Shown in pieces: positions 60,729-64,000 of a stretch of DNA of 64,000 nt (position 1 is the first letter of the stretch; each line of letters starts with the position of its first letter). The stretch is from positions 40,858,001-40,922,000 of the forward strand of contig NC_086375.1 in NCBI RefSeq assembly GCF_036588685.1. The letters run 5' to 3'. Both the position numbers and the translations under genes were made by a program. Origin of the DNA: Mytilus trossulus. Taxonomy: Eukaryota. The notes beneath the pieces are model-generated. The model made no database searches. It worked only from the letters and a program-made list of their open reading frames with translations, and was not told where the DNA came from.

Positions 60729-63108
60729 TTTAACATCAGTAAATATAAGATAAATGCAATAATGGTACATCAACCGACAGATCAATATAAATCTTTTGGT
60801 ATTCGATTAACAAAAACCTGATGTGCATGGATATGAACGTCAGTTGGATAGCAACCCAAACAGCTTAAAAAAAACATAAAAAGACATCTAGGGGTGATAG
60901 TATTGAAAAAAAAGACAAGATATCTATAAAATATTGCATGCAATGCATCAGCGTAATTATAATCTAAATAGAAACGAGTATCATTATATGCCAACAAAAC
61001 CAAATTTCCAAAACGACAAAACAACATTAGGATGTGAAATGATACAAACAATCCCAAAGTTTTTTTTGGAATACAAATTAAGTTATTATTGCACCTCAGT
61101 ACGTTTAACCCTTGCAATCGCTCTCTGTACGTTCAGAACCCTTGCAACAACTTGATGGGCAGTTCGTAGACCTGTTGCAAGGCAAACTTAATGTCCCTAT
61201 CAAATTTACCCTCATTTCAAGAGGCAGTCCCAATTTTCAGCCCTTCATCACTGTCGAACCCTAGTACATGACCTAACTATTGTATGTAACTATTATCAAT
61301 TTGTTTTCATTCTCAATATTCATGGACTATTTGTCACTCATCATTAAACAACCACCAACCAATCCATCATAACGTTACCATTTGTTTCCTGATCTTGAAA
61401 AAGAATAATTGAATAATTTTAGTTTCTTGTGTACAATTTGGAAATTAGTATGGCGTTCATTATCACTGAACTAGACTGTATATATTTGTTTAGGGGCCAG
61501 CCGAAGGACGCCTCCGGGTGCGGGAATTTCTCGCTACATTGAAGACCTGTTGGTGACCTTCTGCTGTTGTTTTTTTATTTGGTCGGGTTGTTGTCTCTTT
61601 GACACATTCCCCATTTCCATTCTCAATTTTATAAACATATATAGCTGGGGTAATTAGTATTTTAACTCGTTCTCTTTTAATTTTGGATCTAAAAGTAAAA
61701 TATAACAAAAATACCGAACTCCTTCGAAAATTCAAAACGGAAAATCCTCAATCAAATGGCAAACTTGTAAGCTCGAACACATCAAAGGAATGGAAAACAA
61801 CCGTCATATTCCTAAAAGTCGACTGGAAGAAGAACATATGCACGTTTCTTACTGATCATATACCGTTATTTTAAAGTCTTTCAAAGTTCATGACTTTGGA
61901 CAGGCACATACATATGGCGGGGATAAAATAACCCTCCCCAATTTAGTATTTCTGTCAATTAACTAACAAAAGCTACACAGCCGAGCAATGAAAATCGACG
62001 AAGCGAAAGCACAACTCTTAAATAACTCTTTTTCACTCCATGAAGGATTCAGATTGGTCCAGGATCCAAAATATTTTGTAAATGAAATTAAAAAACAAAA
62101 AACGAACAAAGATGACATCGGCTACATAGCCATGTTTATTATATAAAACAAATTTATACGGTTACATGGTTTATCAGTTATAAAAAGACAATCCGTGTTC
62201 CCATAAGCATAATTTTATCACCCATCAATCTCAAGCACATAATAGATGCATATGCTTGTAATGTTTGTCAAATGACCATGCATCCGATGCATGTTCATAA
62301 ATTCGCATTGGGTTACCCATCTGGGTTGACCTGAATGGGTTGAATATACAGGACCCATTCGTTGGTCGACCATGTTATATATAAGTACGTCTGAACCAGT
62401 GACAACTCTACAACAGATTTATCCATCGGATCACCAGCAATGATGATGATACATGGCTGTGTAAATTATGTATATACAACTCGTCTAAACATCAACCCAA
62501 CAATGTTAGATTTGTAAATTTATATATTACAAAATTATATGCCTATTCATTTAGGGAAAGTCTTATAAATTGATATAAATAGTAATCTTCAGCCTCAGTA
62601 ATATGTCCCTTCACTTTTTTTTTAATATTTTGTGGTAAAAGTCGATTTTATAACGGCTGCCATATATGGTATATATCAATACGTATATTTGGGAATATGT
62701 TAAAGGGGGCATGACATTTTCATTGAAACAAATATTTGACATTTTAAACTATTTAAATGATTGTCATACGTATATTTATCACATTATCATATATAAAATC
62801 TGTACAGCATTGACGATATCATGTGATAGTCGTTATTGAATTTAGATCAACTAGTGAAAGAAATGAAAATAGAATTGAAAGTCTAAGAATAGAAAACTTT
62901 CTTTTCAGTCGGAGTTACATGAACATTATAAACATAAAGCTGTTTGCACACAATAAATTGTATTGCGGTTATTCAATTGCATTTCATTTTTTTTCTCGAC
63001 AAAACCTCGACAGGTAAAGTGTTCGAGTTACGTGACACGTGCTCCATAGTGACCTAGTAACCCACTAGAAAAGATCTCGTGGTTTACTGAACATGCTAAT
63101 TGTCTTAC

Positions 63109-63183
63109 CTTTCTCAGGTGTGATATGAATATATTTCCGCAATTGTTATGATGGAAAAATCTCTGTACAATATTTATCCTCAT
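63109..63183 (-). CDS. myo-inositol dehydrogenase-like, exon 1 (putative mitochondrial presequence)
   Basis: MRINIVQRFFHHNNCGNIFISHLRK|gtaaga, phase 0 joining exon 2. Total 381 aa. Confidence 0.62.
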
Positions 63184-64000
63184 CTTATTTTTTAAATGAG
63201 TGTGTAATTGACAGTTTGCAATACCATCATTTAGCAATTCTGCGTGGGTGAACCGTATCGCTTCAAATATTTACTTTTACGATCACTTAAGCGTAACCCG
63301 TTGTTTGTACTGGTAAAGATAGCTTAATATAGTAAACGCGACCTCTTTGGCTGTCCGCATAACGTTATCTTAAAATGCTGACATGTATAAATAAGAAGAC
63401 TTTATATTGATTATGTCATCATTTAATCTTTTCTTAAACGTTTGTTGATTAATTCAGGCTTGTCCTAAATAATTCCTTTTTTTAAATCATAAAGGAAAAC
63501 CGGGTCCTATTATATTGACTGCATATAGCCCCCCCCCCCCCCCCCCCCCCCCTTTATATCTAAATTTGAAACGAAGGTTAGCTATACTATATGTGTAATG
63601 TCTGTCGTCGGTTATCTCCTATGAAATTAGCTAGTCAATGTTGAGGATCTGGGTTCGAACATACACAATAGAAGATAAAAAATGGAGTGAAGGGAGAGGG
63701 GGTCTTGGTACACTCATGGGTGTAGAATATATACTACTCTGTAGTTTGGGTAAAAGTTATTATCTCAGTTGATGTATAAAAATAATTAAGAAATGTAAGG
63801 GTTCCGGATGAGGGGGGAAATAATAAAAATGTTCCTCTCGATACTGCATGTATCCTGTGATTGTAAGAAGCTTCTGTCCAAGTTTGTTAAAAATCCAGGA
63901 TAGTTTATGAAAGTTATTAAAATTTTAAAAACTTTAACCACAGAATGAATGTTTCCTGGCAGAAAAACTACGTCCATTTTAAAGTAAAATACGAAATAAA

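Noticed and set aside
51062-63183. Recent horizontal transfer of bacterial iolG
   Set aside because: Seven spliceosomal introns and host-like composition; homologues are known in other invertebrates, so recent transfer is unsupported without a phylogeny.

Overview
AT-rich, intron-rich animal genomic DNA. The repeat families, especially the minimal hammerhead-ribozyme retrozyme-type repeats, point to a bivalve mollusc, most likely Mytilus (inference). I assembled five host genes by hand from GT-AG junctions with consistent phase. (1) + strand 245-12561: the 3' part (~835 aa visible) of a modular protein made of three atypical Ig-V-like/Ig-C-like pairs and two 10-Cys chitin-binding-type-2-like modules. 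This architecture recalls the Ig+chitin-binding VCBP immune proteins of protochordates. (2) + strand 22657-34029: a secreted Pif/LamG3-like protein of 575 aa (signal peptide, 11-aa repeats, ChtBD2-like and LamG domains). (3) - strand 36924-43045: pseudouridine-5'-phosphatase (PUDP/HDHD1) with two duplicated alternative first coding exons, each carrying the catalytic DxD motif. (4) + strand 46521-47603: an OTU deubiquitinase encoded in one coding exon, with a duplicated N-terminal repeat. (5) - strand 51062-63183: a Gfo/Idh/MocA myo-inositol-dehydrogenase-like enzyme with an apparent mitochondrial presequence. The window also holds a full-length but defective BEL/Pao LTR retrotransposon (16011-22137), type I hammerhead ribozymes of two families, a degenerate hAT element, several MITEs, Helentron-like elements and SINE fragments (some nested), a ~190-bp tandem array and a 173-N assembly gap. 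All calls come from manual reading; no database search was run.
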